DNA of 64,000 nt from Chitinophagaceae bacterium (lineage in GTDB: Bacteria; Bacteroidota; Bacteroidia; Chitinophagales; Chitinophagaceae), in contig JBGAPQ010000018.1 of assembly GCA_044221225.1 (NCBI GenBank), forward strand, positions 10,809 to 74,808. The letters are read 5' to 3'. The translations under genes and the position numbers were made by a program. The notes under the pieces were generated by a model. The model ran no database searches. It was not told where the DNA came from and was given only the letters and a program-made list of their open reading frames with translations. This document shows positions 48,973-58,330 of the stretch, piece by piece; position 1 is the stretch's first letter, and each line of letters begins with the position of its first letter.

Positions 48973-50103
48973 TTAACTATTTATATATTCAAGCACTTTT
49001 GAGGTGATGTAAGCCAGTTGTTCTTCATCAAGTTCTGTATGAATGGGCAATGAAATAACCCGTTCTGTAAGCCAGTCTGTAACAGGCATTACCTGTGATG
49101 CAGAATTAAATTTTTCAAACATTTTCTGCTTATGACCCGGTACGGGATAATAGATCATTGAAGGCACTTTCTGTCCGGCAAGATACTGATTCAAACCATC
49201 TCTGTCAATCCCCTCAAGAATTAAAGTATACTGGTGAAACACATGATTTGAATACCCCGCCCTGTAAGGAGTTCTCATTTTTATATGCCCTGCAAAAGCG
49301 CTGTCATAAATATCAGCCGCTTTTCTTCTGGCAACAATATACTCATCCAGGTGTTGGAGCTTAATATCAAGAATAGCTGCCTGAATAGTATCAAGACGGC
49401 TGTTACAACCCACCAGATCATGATAATACCTCCTGCTTTGGCCATGATTGGCAATCATCCTTAATTTATCTGCAAGTATATCATCATTAGTAAACATTGC
49501 ACCCCCATCTCCAAAAGCACCCAGGTTTTTAGAAGGATAAAAAGAGGTGCATCCAATATGACCGATCGATCCTGTTTTCTTTTTTGAGCCGTCAGGAAAT
49601 GTATATTCACAACCTATAGCCTGTGCATTATCTTCTATTACATACAGGTTGTTTTTTTCTGCTATTGCCATTATTTCCGCCATCGGTGCAGCTTGCCCGT
49701 AAAGGTGAACCGGAACTATGGCTTTTGTTTTGGGAGTAATAGCTTTTTCCAATGCTGCAGGATCGATACAAAAAGTTTTGGGGTCTGCTTCAACAAAAAC
49801 AGGCTTTAACCTCAAAAGTGCAATTACTTCGGTTGTGGCTATGTACGTAAATGATGGAGTTATCACTTCATCACCCGGTTCAAGCCCCAAAGCCATCATA
49901 GCTATCTGTAATGCGTCAGTTCCGTTGGCACAGGGAATTGTATGTTTTACTCCAAGATAAGAAGAGAGGTTATTGGCAAAATCCTGAACAGGTTTACCAT
50001 TGATGAATGCAGAACTTTCCATTACATCCAGCACAGCCCTGTCCACTTCAGCCTTAATATTGTAGTACTGGGTCCGGGTATCAACCATCTGAATCTGCCT
50101 CAT
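48973..50103 (-). CDS. DegT/DnrJ/EryC1/StrS-family sugar aminotransferase
   Basis: 376 aa with the PLP-lysine context SFYPSKNLGAFGDGG, typical of this family. Confidence 0.9.
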   Translation of the reverse strand: MRQIQMVDTRTQYYNIKAEVDRAVLDVMESSAFINGKPVQDFANNLSSYLGVKHTIPCANGTDALQIAMMALGLEPGDEVITPSFTYIATTEVIALLRLKPVFVEADPKTFCIDPAALEKAITPKTKAIVPVHLYGQAAPMAEIMAIAEKNNLYVIEDNAQAIGCEYTFPDGSKKKTGSIGHIGCTSFYPSKNLGAFGDGGAMFTNDDILADKLRMIANHGQSRRYYHDLVGCNSRLDTIQAAILDIKLQHLDEYIVARRKAADIYDSAFAGHIKMRTPYRAGYSNHVFHQYTLILEGIDRDGLNQYLAGQKVPSMIYYPVPGHKQKMFEKFNSASQVMPVTDWLTERVISLPIHTELDEEQLAYITSKVLEYINS

Positions 50104-50155
50104 AGAAAGGGTTTGTGCTTGTAAAGTGTCGCAAAAATAGTAAAATAAGAATAGT

Positions 50156-51469
50156 TTGCACTATTGCCTTTACTTTTGTTATCAATTCAAATCCAGCGAT
50201 TTGGCCGTTTTTTTCTACAATATTTTCCTGCTGCTCTATAAAACGGGTATCCGGCTTGCTGCTCCATTTAATGAAAAAGCAGCCAAATGGATATCCGGAA
50301 GAAAAAATATTATTAAACAACTGGAAAAAACCATTCCCTTAACCGAAAAAATTATCTGGATGCATTGTTCTTCCCTGGGCGAATTTGAACAGGGGCGGCC
50401 CCTGATTGAAAAACTGAGAACGGAATACCCGGGTTATAAATTTCTTCTTACCTTTTTTTCTCCCTCCGGCTATGAGGTACAAAAAAATTACAAGGGAGCT
50501 GACTGGATTTTTTATTTACCAATGGACGGGCCACGAAATGCCAAACGTTTCCTGGAAATAGTACATCCGTCCCTGGTGATCTTTATTAAATATGAGTTTT
50601 GGTATTATTATCTCAAGAAGATCAGGTACAAAAAAATTCCATTATTACTTGTATCAGCGCTTTTCAGAAAAAATACAGCCTTTTTTAAATGGTATGGTAA
50701 TCTTCAGCGGAAAATGCTTTCCCGTTTTAATCATCTTTTTGTCCAAAATCAGGAATCAAAAAATCTTATTAATGAAACAGGACTGGCAGATATTTGTACC
50801 ATCTCCGGTGATACAAGGTTTGACAGGGTGATTGACATTGCAGAAAAGTTTGAACCTCTCCCTTTAATCAGCGGTTTTATCGGAAATAACAGGGCCATCA
50901 TTGCTGGCAGCACCTGGTCTGAGGATGAAATTATTTTGCAGAAAGCTTTTTATGCAATCAATAACCCGTCTTTACGGCTCATCATAGCGCCACATGAAAT
51001 CCATGAAAAACATCTTGCTGAGATAGAAAGTTCTTTCCCCGGAGCGGTACGGTTTTCAAAGCTGACCGTGTCTATGCAAGAAACTTCAAACGTACTTATT
51101 ATTGATAATTTCGGTATGCTGTCCCGCCTGTATAAGTATGCCTGGCTTACTTATGTAGGAGGAGGTCATACTTCAAATGGTGTTCACAATGTACTTGAAG
51201 CAGCAGTTTATAAAAAGATTGTTTTATTCGGCCCCGTCTACCAAAAATATTCTGAAGCAGTAGGCCTGATTAAATCAGGCGGAGGAATATCTTTTACAGA
51301 TGAAAAAAGGGATGGAAATACGCTCCGGGTAATAATTGAAGCTCTTTCAAATGATGATAATGAATATAAATTCAGAAGTGAATCCGCTGGTAATTTTGCT
51401 TTTTTCCATAAAGGTGCTACCCAAAAAATTCTTTCCTATATTCAGGAAAACCGTCTTTTAACAAGCTGA
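50156..51469 (+). CDS. waaA: 3-deoxy-D-manno-octulosonic acid (Kdo) transferase
   Basis: It has IWMHCSSLGEFEQGRPLIE and a C-terminal GT-B domain. The start is uncertain, either TTG 50156 or TTG 50201 (LAVFFYNIFLLLYK fits the usual N-terminus). Confidence 0.85.
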   Translation: MHYCLYFCYQFKSSDLAVFFYNIFLLLYKTGIRLAAPFNEKAAKWISGRKNIIKQLEKTIPLTEKIIWMHCSSLGEFEQGRPLIEKLRTEYPGYKFLLTFFSPSGYEVQKNYKGADWIFYLPMDGPRNAKRFLEIVHPSLVIFIKYEFWYYYLKKIRYKKIPLLLVSALFRKNTAFFKWYGNLQRKMLSRFNHLFVQNQESKNLINETGLADICTISGDTRFDRVIDIAEKFEPLPLISGFIGNNRAIIAGSTWSEDEIILQKAFYAINNPSLRLIIAPHEIHEKHLAEIESSFPGAVRFSKLTVSMQETSNVLIIDNFGMLSRLYKYAWLTYVGGGHTSNGVHNVLEAAVYKKIVLFGPVYQKYSEAVGLIKSGGGISFTDEKRDGNTLRVIIEALSNDDNEYKFRSESAGNFAFFHKGATQKILSYIQENRLLTS

Positions 51470-52155
51470 TCAAAGTGTTGCACGGTGGTACTGCTTCCAT
51501 CCCATCCCAATTTTACTTTTAATTCCCTGCTGATCCAATATTCGGCCTCAGCATAAATATTAAAATTATTGATGGTTTTTATACTCCGTTCATACATGTT
51601 CTCGTCACCACGAAAAAGTTCATTTATAAAAAGAAATCTGTCATTAATGCCAATGGCTTTACGGAGATCTCTTACAGGTGTCTCTTTAAGTATTTCCATC
51701 AGTTCTGTCTTGGCCTGCTTTAATTTATCATTCAGCGATTCTGACAAACCGGCTGTATCATTTACTTCCCTTGCCTGGTGTGAAAGGGTTGGTATTTCTG
51801 TCATGGGATCAAAGACCATATCTAACTGACCATTCTTTTGCACCATGGAAACAAAGCCCTTTTCAACCAGCACAGTTTCTTTTGTAGTTTTCACTTCCTT
51901 ATCCGTCTGTTTTTCTGCAGGTTTGGGAGCATATTTTTCATACTCACGGGGCAGTTCAGCTGCAATGGGCACATTGGTCACAGCAGCAGGCAAAACCACA
52001 GCAACCTTGGCGGTACCCAGGCCATGCGGTACGGAAGATTTCAGCTTTGTCAGTTCAAACTGAAGCAACTGAACCGTACCCAATAACAAAGCCGGATCAG
52101 CCTGCTTTTCAAACTGGTCTTTTAATTTATTGATGAGAGCTTCTATTCGTTCCAT
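51442..52155 (-). CDS. Hypothetical protein (helical N-terminus, conserved C-terminal domain of unknown function)
   Basis: 237 aa with a coding-like composition. I recognise no family. Its 3' end overlaps the waaA 3' end by 28 nt (convergent). Confidence 0.45.
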   Translation of the reverse strand: MERIEALINKLKDQFEKQADPALLLGTVQLLQFELTKLKSSVPHGLGTAKVAVVLPAAVTNVPIAAELPREYEKYAPKPAEKQTDKEVKTTKETVLVEKGFVSMVQKNGQLDMVFDPMTEIPTLSHQAREVNDTAGLSESLNDKLKQAKTELMEILKETPVRDLRKAIGINDRFLFINELFRGDENMYERSIKTINNFNIYAEAEYWISRELKVKLGWDGSSTTVQHFDQLVKRRFS

Positions 52156-52250
52156 TCAATTATATTTGATGCCGGCAAATGAGGCCCTTTAAAGTTACAA
52201 ACTGTTTGCCAATAAAATTAATTACCCAAAAGTCATAATAAATCTTAACA

Positions 52251-52817
52251 ATGTTTATTGAGCCCAATACCAGCGGTGAGCGGCGGGGAAGTATTGAAGT
52301 GATCTGTGGCTCTATGTTCAGTGGCAAAACGGAGGAACTGATCCGCAGGCTAAAAAGAGTAAAAATTGCTAACCAGAAAGTCGAAATTTTTAAACCCGCA
52401 ATTGATGTACGCTATGATGAGGTTAAGATTGTATCGCATGATGCTACCGCCATTCATTCCACGCCGATTGATAATTCACAAAAAATTTTATTAATGGCCG
52501 GAGATGTTGACGTAATCGGTATTGATGAGGCTCAGTTCTTTGATGAAGAAATTGCCAACGTATGTGATGAACTGGCTTTCCGGGGTATCAGGGTTATTGT
52601 AGCCGGGCTGGATATGGATTACCTGGGCAGGCCATTTGGTCAAATGCCTTTCATAATGGCAAAAGCAGATTATGTAACTAAACTGCATGCAATATGTATG
52701 AAATGCGGAAGTATTGCTAATTACTCCTACCGGAAGATACCTAATGAAGATCAGGTGATGCTGGGAGCAACAGATGCATATGAACCCCGTTGCAGAAAAT
52801 GCTATCATAGTAAATAA
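52251..52817 (+). CDS. tdk: Thymidine kinase
   Basis: 188 aa with the P-loop GSMFSGKT and a C-terminal zinc ribbon CxxC...CRKC. Confidence 0.95.
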   Translation: MFIEPNTSGERRGSIEVICGSMFSGKTEELIRRLKRVKIANQKVEIFKPAIDVRYDEVKIVSHDATAIHSTPIDNSQKILLMAGDVDVIGIDEAQFFDEEIANVCDELAFRGIRVIVAGLDMDYLGRPFGQMPFIMAKADYVTKLHAICMKCGSIANYSYRKIPNEDQVMLGATDAYEPRCRKCYHSK

Positions 52818-52819
52818 AA

Positions 52820-52856
52820 AAGAGGCCGCCTAAAGGGCGATACAGCCTCTTTCTTA
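52820..52856 (+). terminator. Hairpin terminator between convergent tdk and the lipoprotein gene
   Basis: The stem agaggc...gcctct encloses an inner cgcc/ggcg stem and is followed by tttctt. Confidence 0.45.
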
Positions 52857-52877
52857 ATTTATAGCAGACTTATACAA

Positions 52878-53792
52878 TTACCTTGCTTTCCCTTTAATTT
52901 TTGTTTTTGCTTTTATATCAATAGACATCCCTCCTGCTTTAGCAGTCATGTCCATTACCAGGTCAGCTGTTACCACCAGCCCTGTACGGCTGTCTACAAC
53001 TAATATCCCGTTTTGTTCACCTTCTACTTCCATTGCATCATCGGCAGAAACAATTTTCGTCTTTTCCTCCAATGTCACCATATCACCTTCTATCTCCGCT
53101 ACTTTATAAGTCGAATTCATTTTCCCCGACATTTTATTGCTCATATTGCTGCTTTTCTGCCAGCTGTCTCCTACTTTTACCTCCTTATTCGGGAAAATAT
53201 ACAATACTCTCTCGAATTGTTCTCTGATATTTTGGTCGTTGAACTGCTGATCAAACTGTGTTTCCATTTTTTCCCGAACCTCTTTCTGGTCTTCCGCATC
53301 AAGCTCCATCGAAGAAATGATTGACTCAGCTATTTCTTTAAACCCGTTTATTTCCAGCACTTTTCCTTCTGCATCCACTTTCATCCTGAATTGCTTTCCT
53401 TTTATCGCACCAAATAGCCGGCTGATCATTTGCATAGGATCTTTCGATGCACCTGCTGTATCAACGGGTTTTTCTGTATCCACATTCAGTTTCATTCCAA
53501 ACAGGTCCATATCCATTTTAAATCTGTCATATCTTGCCTGCAAGACTTTCACTTTTCCGTCATCCTCCATTACATCCATTGAGTAATAAGTGGCTATGCC
53601 CAGTTTGGTAGAGCTGCCCATTATCTCCTGATCCATATCAATATTCATTTCATAATCATACCCCTTTCCTTTTTCAAAATTAAATTTGAGCATCTTGGCA
53701 GAAGTGGCAGATTTAGAGGACTGGCAGGCTTCAATACCAATCAAAAAACTGAATACAGCTGCTATTATCAATGAAATTCTTAACTTTCTCAT
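52878..53792 (-). CDS. Hypothetical lipoprotein
   Basis: 304 aa with a signal peptide plus lipobox (LIGIEACQ). It is a charged soluble domain with no recognised motif. Confidence 0.5.
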   Translation of the reverse strand: MRKLRISLIIAAVFSFLIGIEACQSSKSATSAKMLKFNFEKGKGYDYEMNIDMDQEIMGSSTKLGIATYYSMDVMEDDGKVKVLQARYDRFKMDMDLFGMKLNVDTEKPVDTAGASKDPMQMISRLFGAIKGKQFRMKVDAEGKVLEINGFKEIAESIISSMELDAEDQKEVREKMETQFDQQFNDQNIREQFERVLYIFPNKEVKVGDSWQKSSNMSNKMSGKMNSTYKVAEIEGDMVTLEEKTKIVSADDAMEVEGEQNGILVVDSRTGLVVTADLVMDMTAKAGGMSIDIKAKTKIKGKAR

Positions 53793-53848
53793 TGTTTTTT
53801 TCTGGAAAATTAGAAAAATTTAGTAAGAAAGAAGCTGATGGTAAATAG

Positions 53849-53856
53849 TAAATTTG
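53849..53856 (+). promoter_or_regulatory. -7 box (TAAATTTG) for the ccmBCD-like operon
   Basis: This is an exact TAnnTTTG match about 60 nt upstream of the annotated ccmB start. Confidence 0.35.
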
Positions 53857-53917
53857 CCGCTAAACCAGTTTTATAAGTTTAACCAGACATATCATCACCC
53901 TTTTTAAAAAGGACCTT

Positions 53918-54529
53918 TTGCTGGAAGTAAGACAGCAGTACAGCTTCTATGGTATTTTGCTCTATATAAGTGCAACTATTTTTGTATTATTCATGGCATT
54001 AGAAGAACCGGAAAGCCGGGTGTGGAATGGTTTGTTTTGGGTGATACAACTTTTTATTTGCATAAATGCAGTTGCCAAAAGTTTTTTACAGGAAAGCCGG
54101 GGCAGGATGTTATACTTTTATTCTGTTGCCAGTCCCACAGCCTTCGTTTTATCAAAACTGCTGTTTAATTCCCTCTTAATGTTGGTGATGAGTTTATTGA
54201 GCCTTTTGCTGTTTACAATGTTTTTAGGAAATCCGATGCAAAAAATAGGGCAATTTATCGGACTGGTATTACTGGGTGGCTGGAGCCTGAGCCTTGTTTT
54301 CAGTTTCCTCGCTGCTATTGCTGCTAAAGCACAGCAAAATGCAGCTATTATGGCGGTACTTGGTTTTCCCATTATCATTCCCCAGTTAATATTATTAATG
54401 CGTCTCTCCAATGCGGCATTTGCACCATTGCTTACTATTCCGGTAAGTACAGTATTATTATTAATTGCATTAGATGCCCTCATAATAGTATTGGCTGTTA
54501 TTTTGTTTCCTTTTTTATGGAAAGATTAA
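53918..54529 (+). CDS. ccmB: Heme exporter permease CcmB-like
   Basis: 203 aa from TTG 53918, with six TM helices and YGILLYISATIFVLF. CcmB-like sequence (LFKKDLLLE) continues in frame upstream of this TTG back to 53864, with no ATG/GTG/TTG available there. Confidence 0.7.
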   Translation: MLEVRQQYSFYGILLYISATIFVLFMALEEPESRVWNGLFWVIQLFICINAVAKSFLQESRGRMLYFYSVASPTAFVLSKLLFNSLLMLVMSLLSLLLFTMFLGNPMQKIGQFIGLVLLGGWSLSLVFSFLAAIAAKAQQNAAIMAVLGFPIIIPQLILLMRLSNAAFAPLLTIPVSTVLLLIALDALIIVLAVILFPFLWKD

Positions 54530-54645
54530 TTCTTTTTATGTGTTCTTTGCACATCCGGCCCCAAAAAGAATTTTTACGAACGTTTAGCAGCATCACCTTA
54601 ATTTTGCCTCACTTTACCCGGCCTTAAATCTTCCTGGCCTATCTG

Positions 54646-55362
54646 ATGATCAACGTAAAAAACTATATGCACAAGTCTTGGTGGAAAATAGCAAGTGTGA
54701 TCTTGCTTGTTTACACTTTTATTGCAGGCTTTTTAGGAGAGGTACCCCACCTGCCTTTGCTTCAGGAAACAATACGTAACCTTTATTTCCATGTTTGCAT
54801 GTGGTTTGCCATGATGATTTTGTTTACAATATCTGTGGTAAATGCCATCCGTTACCTGCGGACATTCAACTTGAAATATGACATCTATGCCCGGCATTTC
54901 GCTGTAGTGGCGATTGTGTTTGGGGTATTGGGTTATTCCACAGGTGCCATCTGGGCCTCCTATACATGGGCCGACCCGAACAAAGCTGCTGTAAATTCTT
55001 TCAGCACCATTGCGAGAGACCCAAAGCTGATTGGTGCAGCTATTGCATTACTTGTATATTTTGCCTACCTGATTCTTAGAGATTCAATACAGGACATGGA
55101 TAAAAAAGCAAGGATCAGTGCTGTGTATAACATTTTTGCGTATGCCATTTTATTCCCCTCCATCTGGATATTACCAAGAATATTACCCAGCCTTCATCCC
55201 GGAAATGAAGACAACCCGGCCCTGGATGTAAAAAATGATATCAGCGGTTCTATGCGGATTGTATTTTACCCTGCAGTAATTGGATGGACATTATTAGGAG
55301 TATGGATTACCACTTTAAAAATCCGCCTTAGTTTATTGAAAGAAAAAAAGATGTGGTCATGA
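54646..55362 (+). CDS. ccmC: Heme exporter / cytochrome c assembly protein CcmC-like
   Basis: 238 aa, polytopic, with a Trp-rich WWD-like motif GAIWASYTWADP. Confidence 0.75.
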   Translation: MINVKNYMHKSWWKIASVILLVYTFIAGFLGEVPHLPLLQETIRNLYFHVCMWFAMMILFTISVVNAIRYLRTFNLKYDIYARHFAVVAIVFGVLGYSTGAIWASYTWADPNKAAVNSFSTIARDPKLIGAAIALLVYFAYLILRDSIQDMDKKARISAVYNIFAYAILFPSIWILPRILPSLHPGNEDNPALDVKNDISGSMRIVFYPAVIGWTLLGVWITTLKIRLSLLKEKKMWS

Positions 55363-55574
55363 GTATAATCAGAAAAATAACACTGTTGTTAACTTTCATT
55401 TTACCTGTATGTACTCTTTTTGCACAGGATAAAAAAGTGGAGATGGCGGACCTGATGCGGGCAAATGGCCGCATCTATGTAGTAGTGGCTGTTGCCCTTA
55501 CTATTCTTTTCGGTCTACTCCTGTACGTGGCAAGACTGGATAGAAAAATATCCAAACTGGAAAAAGACAATTAA
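55353..55574 (+). CDS. ccmD: CcmD-like small membrane protein
   Basis: 73 aa with two hydrophobic segments and the tail LYVARLDRKISKLEK. It overlaps the ccmC stop. Confidence 0.6.
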   Translation: MVMSIIRKITLLLTFILPVCTLFAQDKKVEMADLMRANGRIYVVVAVALTILFGLLLYVARLDRKISKLEKDN

Positions 55575-55647
55575 AATACCGGGCTGACAGATAAAATTAT
55601 ATGCTGGCAGCTCTCTTTAACGATTGCTAAAACTTAAAAAAGAAATC

Positions 55648-57063
55648 ATGTCAGACAAGTACAGTTTTTTTGGCGCTGTTGAAAGAAGTTTTGACAAAGC
55701 AGCCAGGTTCACCACATGGGATAAAGGTATCCTTGAACAGATCAGGCAATGTAATGCAGTTTACCAAATACGTTTCCCGATTAAAAGAGATGACGGAACC
55801 ATCGAAGTAATTGAAGCTTACCGTGTACAGCACTCCCACCACAAAACACCCTGCAAAGGTGGTATCCGCTTCGCCGCTGAAGTTAACCAGGATGAAGTAA
55901 TGGCCCTTGCTGCCCTCATGACTTATAAGTGTACCATTGTGGATGTGCCCTTCGGAGGCGCCAAAGGTGGTATCAAAATCAACCCCAAAAAATATTCTCC
56001 TTACGAACTGGAAAAAATAACCCGACGCTATACTGCAGAACTGATTCGCAAAAAATTTATCGGGCCCGGTACTGATGTTCCTGCTCCTGATTACGGAACC
56101 GGCGAAAGAGAAATGTCCTGGATACTGGATACATACACGGCCATGCATCCCGGAGAAATTGATGCCGCCGGATGTGTTACCGGTAAGCCAATTACACAAG
56201 GGGGTGTTCGTGGCCGGCGGGAGGCAACAGGACTTGGTGTTTTCTTTGGTATCCGTGAAGTGTGCAACATGCCAGATATAATGGAAAAGCTGGGAATGAC
56301 GATTGGTGTGGAAGGCAAAAAAGTAGTTGTTCAGGGACTGGGTAATGTGGGCTATCACTCTGCTAAGTTTTTCCAGGATGCCGGTGCAAAGATTATTGCT
56401 CTTGCAGAATATGAAGGCGCTATCTGGAATAATGACGGCCTGGATGTGGATGCAGTATTCAATCACCGTAAAAGCACGGGGTCTATCCTCAACTATCCCG
56501 GCGCCACCAACTTTGCCAAAACAGGCGAAGCATTGGAAATGGAATGTGACATACTGATTCCTGCAGCACTGGAAAATGTAATTGACGGTAATAATGCCCC
56601 CCGTGTAAGGGCCAAATTAATTGGAGAGGCTGCCAATGGTCCGTTAACCCCCGAAGCAGATGAAATATTTTCAAAGAAAAAGATTCTTGTCGTTCCGGAT
56701 ATGTATCTGAATGCCGGTGGCGTTACCGTTTCTTACTTTGAATGGTTAAAAAACCTGAGCCATGTTCGTTACGGACGTTTGGAAAAACGCTTCACTGAAA
56801 ATATGAACACTCATATACTTGGCCAGATAGAAGAACTGAGTGGTAAAAAAGTAAAAGGAAGTGCAAGGGAAATGATCATGCATGGCCCGGATGAAGTGGA
56901 CCTTGTGTACAGCGGCCTGGAAGAAACTATGATCAACGCCACCCATGAGATCATGGATACCTGGAAATCAAATCCTGATATTCCTGATATGCGTACAGCA
57001 GCGTATGTAGTAGCTATTAATAAAGTAGCCACAGCGTATGCAGAACTGGGTATTTTCCCATAA
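55648..57063 (+). CDS. gdh: Glutamate dehydrogenase (Glu/Leu/Phe/Val dehydrogenase family, animal GLUD-like subclass)
   Basis: It contains TPCKGGIRFAAEVNQDEVMALAALMTYKCTIVDVPFGGAKGGIKINPK and GTGEREMSWILDTY. I prefer ATG 55648 (MSDKYSFF) to TTG 55624. Confidence 0.9.
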   Translation: MSDKYSFFGAVERSFDKAARFTTWDKGILEQIRQCNAVYQIRFPIKRDDGTIEVIEAYRVQHSHHKTPCKGGIRFAAEVNQDEVMALAALMTYKCTIVDVPFGGAKGGIKINPKKYSPYELEKITRRYTAELIRKKFIGPGTDVPAPDYGTGEREMSWILDTYTAMHPGEIDAAGCVTGKPITQGGVRGRREATGLGVFFGIREVCNMPDIMEKLGMTIGVEGKKVVVQGLGNVGYHSAKFFQDAGAKIIALAEYEGAIWNNDGLDVDAVFNHRKSTGSILNYPGATNFAKTGEALEMECDILIPAALENVIDGNNAPRVRAKLIGEAANGPLTPEADEIFSKKKILVVPDMYLNAGGVTVSYFEWLKNLSHVRYGRLEKRFTENMNTHILGQIEELSGKKVKGSAREMIMHGPDEVDLVYSGLEETMINATHEIMDTWKSNPDIPDMRTAAYVVAINKVATAYAELGIFP

Positions 57064-57102
57064 CACTCATTTGCAAGAGCCTGAGTCAATTGCTTATTTT
57101 CA

Positions 57103-57134
57103 AATCCCGTTTGCAATGTAGACGGGATTTTTTA
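57103..57134 (+). terminator. Rho-independent terminator after gdh
   Basis: The hairpin is aatcccgt-ttgcaatgtag-acgggatt, followed by ttttta. Confidence 0.75.
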
Positions 57135-57548
57135 TGCCGCCTTCTGTGTAAGGAAGCTATATAACATTATATGTTTAAAAAGCAGCCGACAGATAATTTT
57201 ATACCGGGTTTGTTAACAAAAGCAATGTTGCGTAGCTGAACGGAAACAATTGTTACAATCAATTTGGAAAATCAAGTGTTGTCGCGGAAGGCGAATTAAA
57301 TGTAACAGGAAGTGCAAACTGTCAAATCTGGTTGCCTGCTCACAAAAACATATTTATTTCAATTCTTTGCTGCTCTTTATTAGATTTATCTTGTCCAATT
57401 CATTTCGACCCTAGTGGTTATGCAAAGCCTTTCGGGCTACCGGCATGCAAATCTGTGGTCACTTATTTTCAGCAATCCGGCTCCCTCACCACTTACCCCC
57501 TAATAGCACCTGTCACAGTATCATTCTGTACTTCACCACCGAAATTCC

Positions 57549-57556
57549 TACCTTTG
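57549..57556 (+). promoter_or_regulatory. -7 box (TACCTTTG) upstream of ORF 57576
   Basis: This is an exact TAnnTTTG match 20 nt upstream of the ATG. Confidence 0.4.
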
Positions 57557-57575
57557 CCTGTCAAAAATCATAAAA

Positions 57576-58280
57576 ATGAAACGACTCCTTTTTGCATTAT
57601 TCATCCTGGCCTTTTTGTCAGCAAATAGCCAAACCGTTGAAGAAATTATTCAGAAACACACAACCGCTATGGGCGGACTGGATGTATTTAATAAAGTTTC
57701 TACTCTTAAAATGACCGGTGTTGTTACAACACAAGGGATGGACCTGCCATTAACCACTCAGATTATCAATGGTAAAGGCGTACGAACGGATGTGGAGGCA
57801 ATGGGACAGGCTGTGGTAAATGTATACTTTAATGGTACTGGCTGGACAATAAATCCTTTTGCCGGATCCACAGAAGCTACTGATTTAACAGGAGTGCAAC
57901 TGAATGACCTTAAAACACAGGCTTATCTCGCCAGCAACCTGATGGATTATAAAAACAGGGGGCATCAGGTGGAGCTACTCGGCCAGGAAGAAGTAGAAGG
58001 AATAAATACTTTCAAAATTAAAATGACCACCAAAGAAGATGGCAGAGTAACCACTTATAATATTACTAATGATTACATGTTACTAAGATCTGTAACCAAG
58101 AGGGAAATGCAGGGACAGGAATTTGATGTAGAAACATTTTACTCCGACTTTAAAGAATTTGGAGGGATAAAAATTGCCTGCAGCCGTATACAGAAAATTG
58201 ATGGCCAGGTATTTCAGGAGGTGAATATTGAAAAAGCAGAACTTAATGTAGCCGTAGATGAAAGTATTTTCAAAAAATAA
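57576..58280 (+). CDS. Secreted protein, LolA-like / outer-membrane lipoprotein-sorting-like fold (tentative)
   Basis: 234 aa with a signal peptide (LFILAFLSANSQ) and a beta-rich sequence. The family assignment rests on recall only. Confidence 0.4.
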   Translation: MKRLLFALFILAFLSANSQTVEEIIQKHTTAMGGLDVFNKVSTLKMTGVVTTQGMDLPLTTQIINGKGVRTDVEAMGQAVVNVYFNGTGWTINPFAGSTEATDLTGVQLNDLKTQAYLASNLMDYKNRGHQVELLGQEEVEGINTFKIKMTTKEDGRVTTYNITNDYMLLRSVTKREMQGQEFDVETFYSDFKEFGGIKIACSRIQKIDGQVFQEVNIEKAELNVAVDESIFKK

Positions 58281-58300
58281 ATACGGCAGTAAAAATTCTA

Positions 58301-58330
58301 AAAAACCTGCAGAACTATTGCAGGTTTTTT
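58301..58330. terminator. Bidirectional terminator between convergent genes
   Basis: The hairpin is aaaaacctgca-gaactat-tgcaggtttttt, with A-run and T-run arms on both strands. Confidence 0.7.

Noticed and set aside
55651-56466. 271-aa antisense ORF inside gdh
   Set aside because: It lies entirely within, and antisense to, a highly conserved GDH coding region. Its composition is Cys/Phe/His-rich and non-protein-like. It is a typical stop-poor antisense frame artefact.
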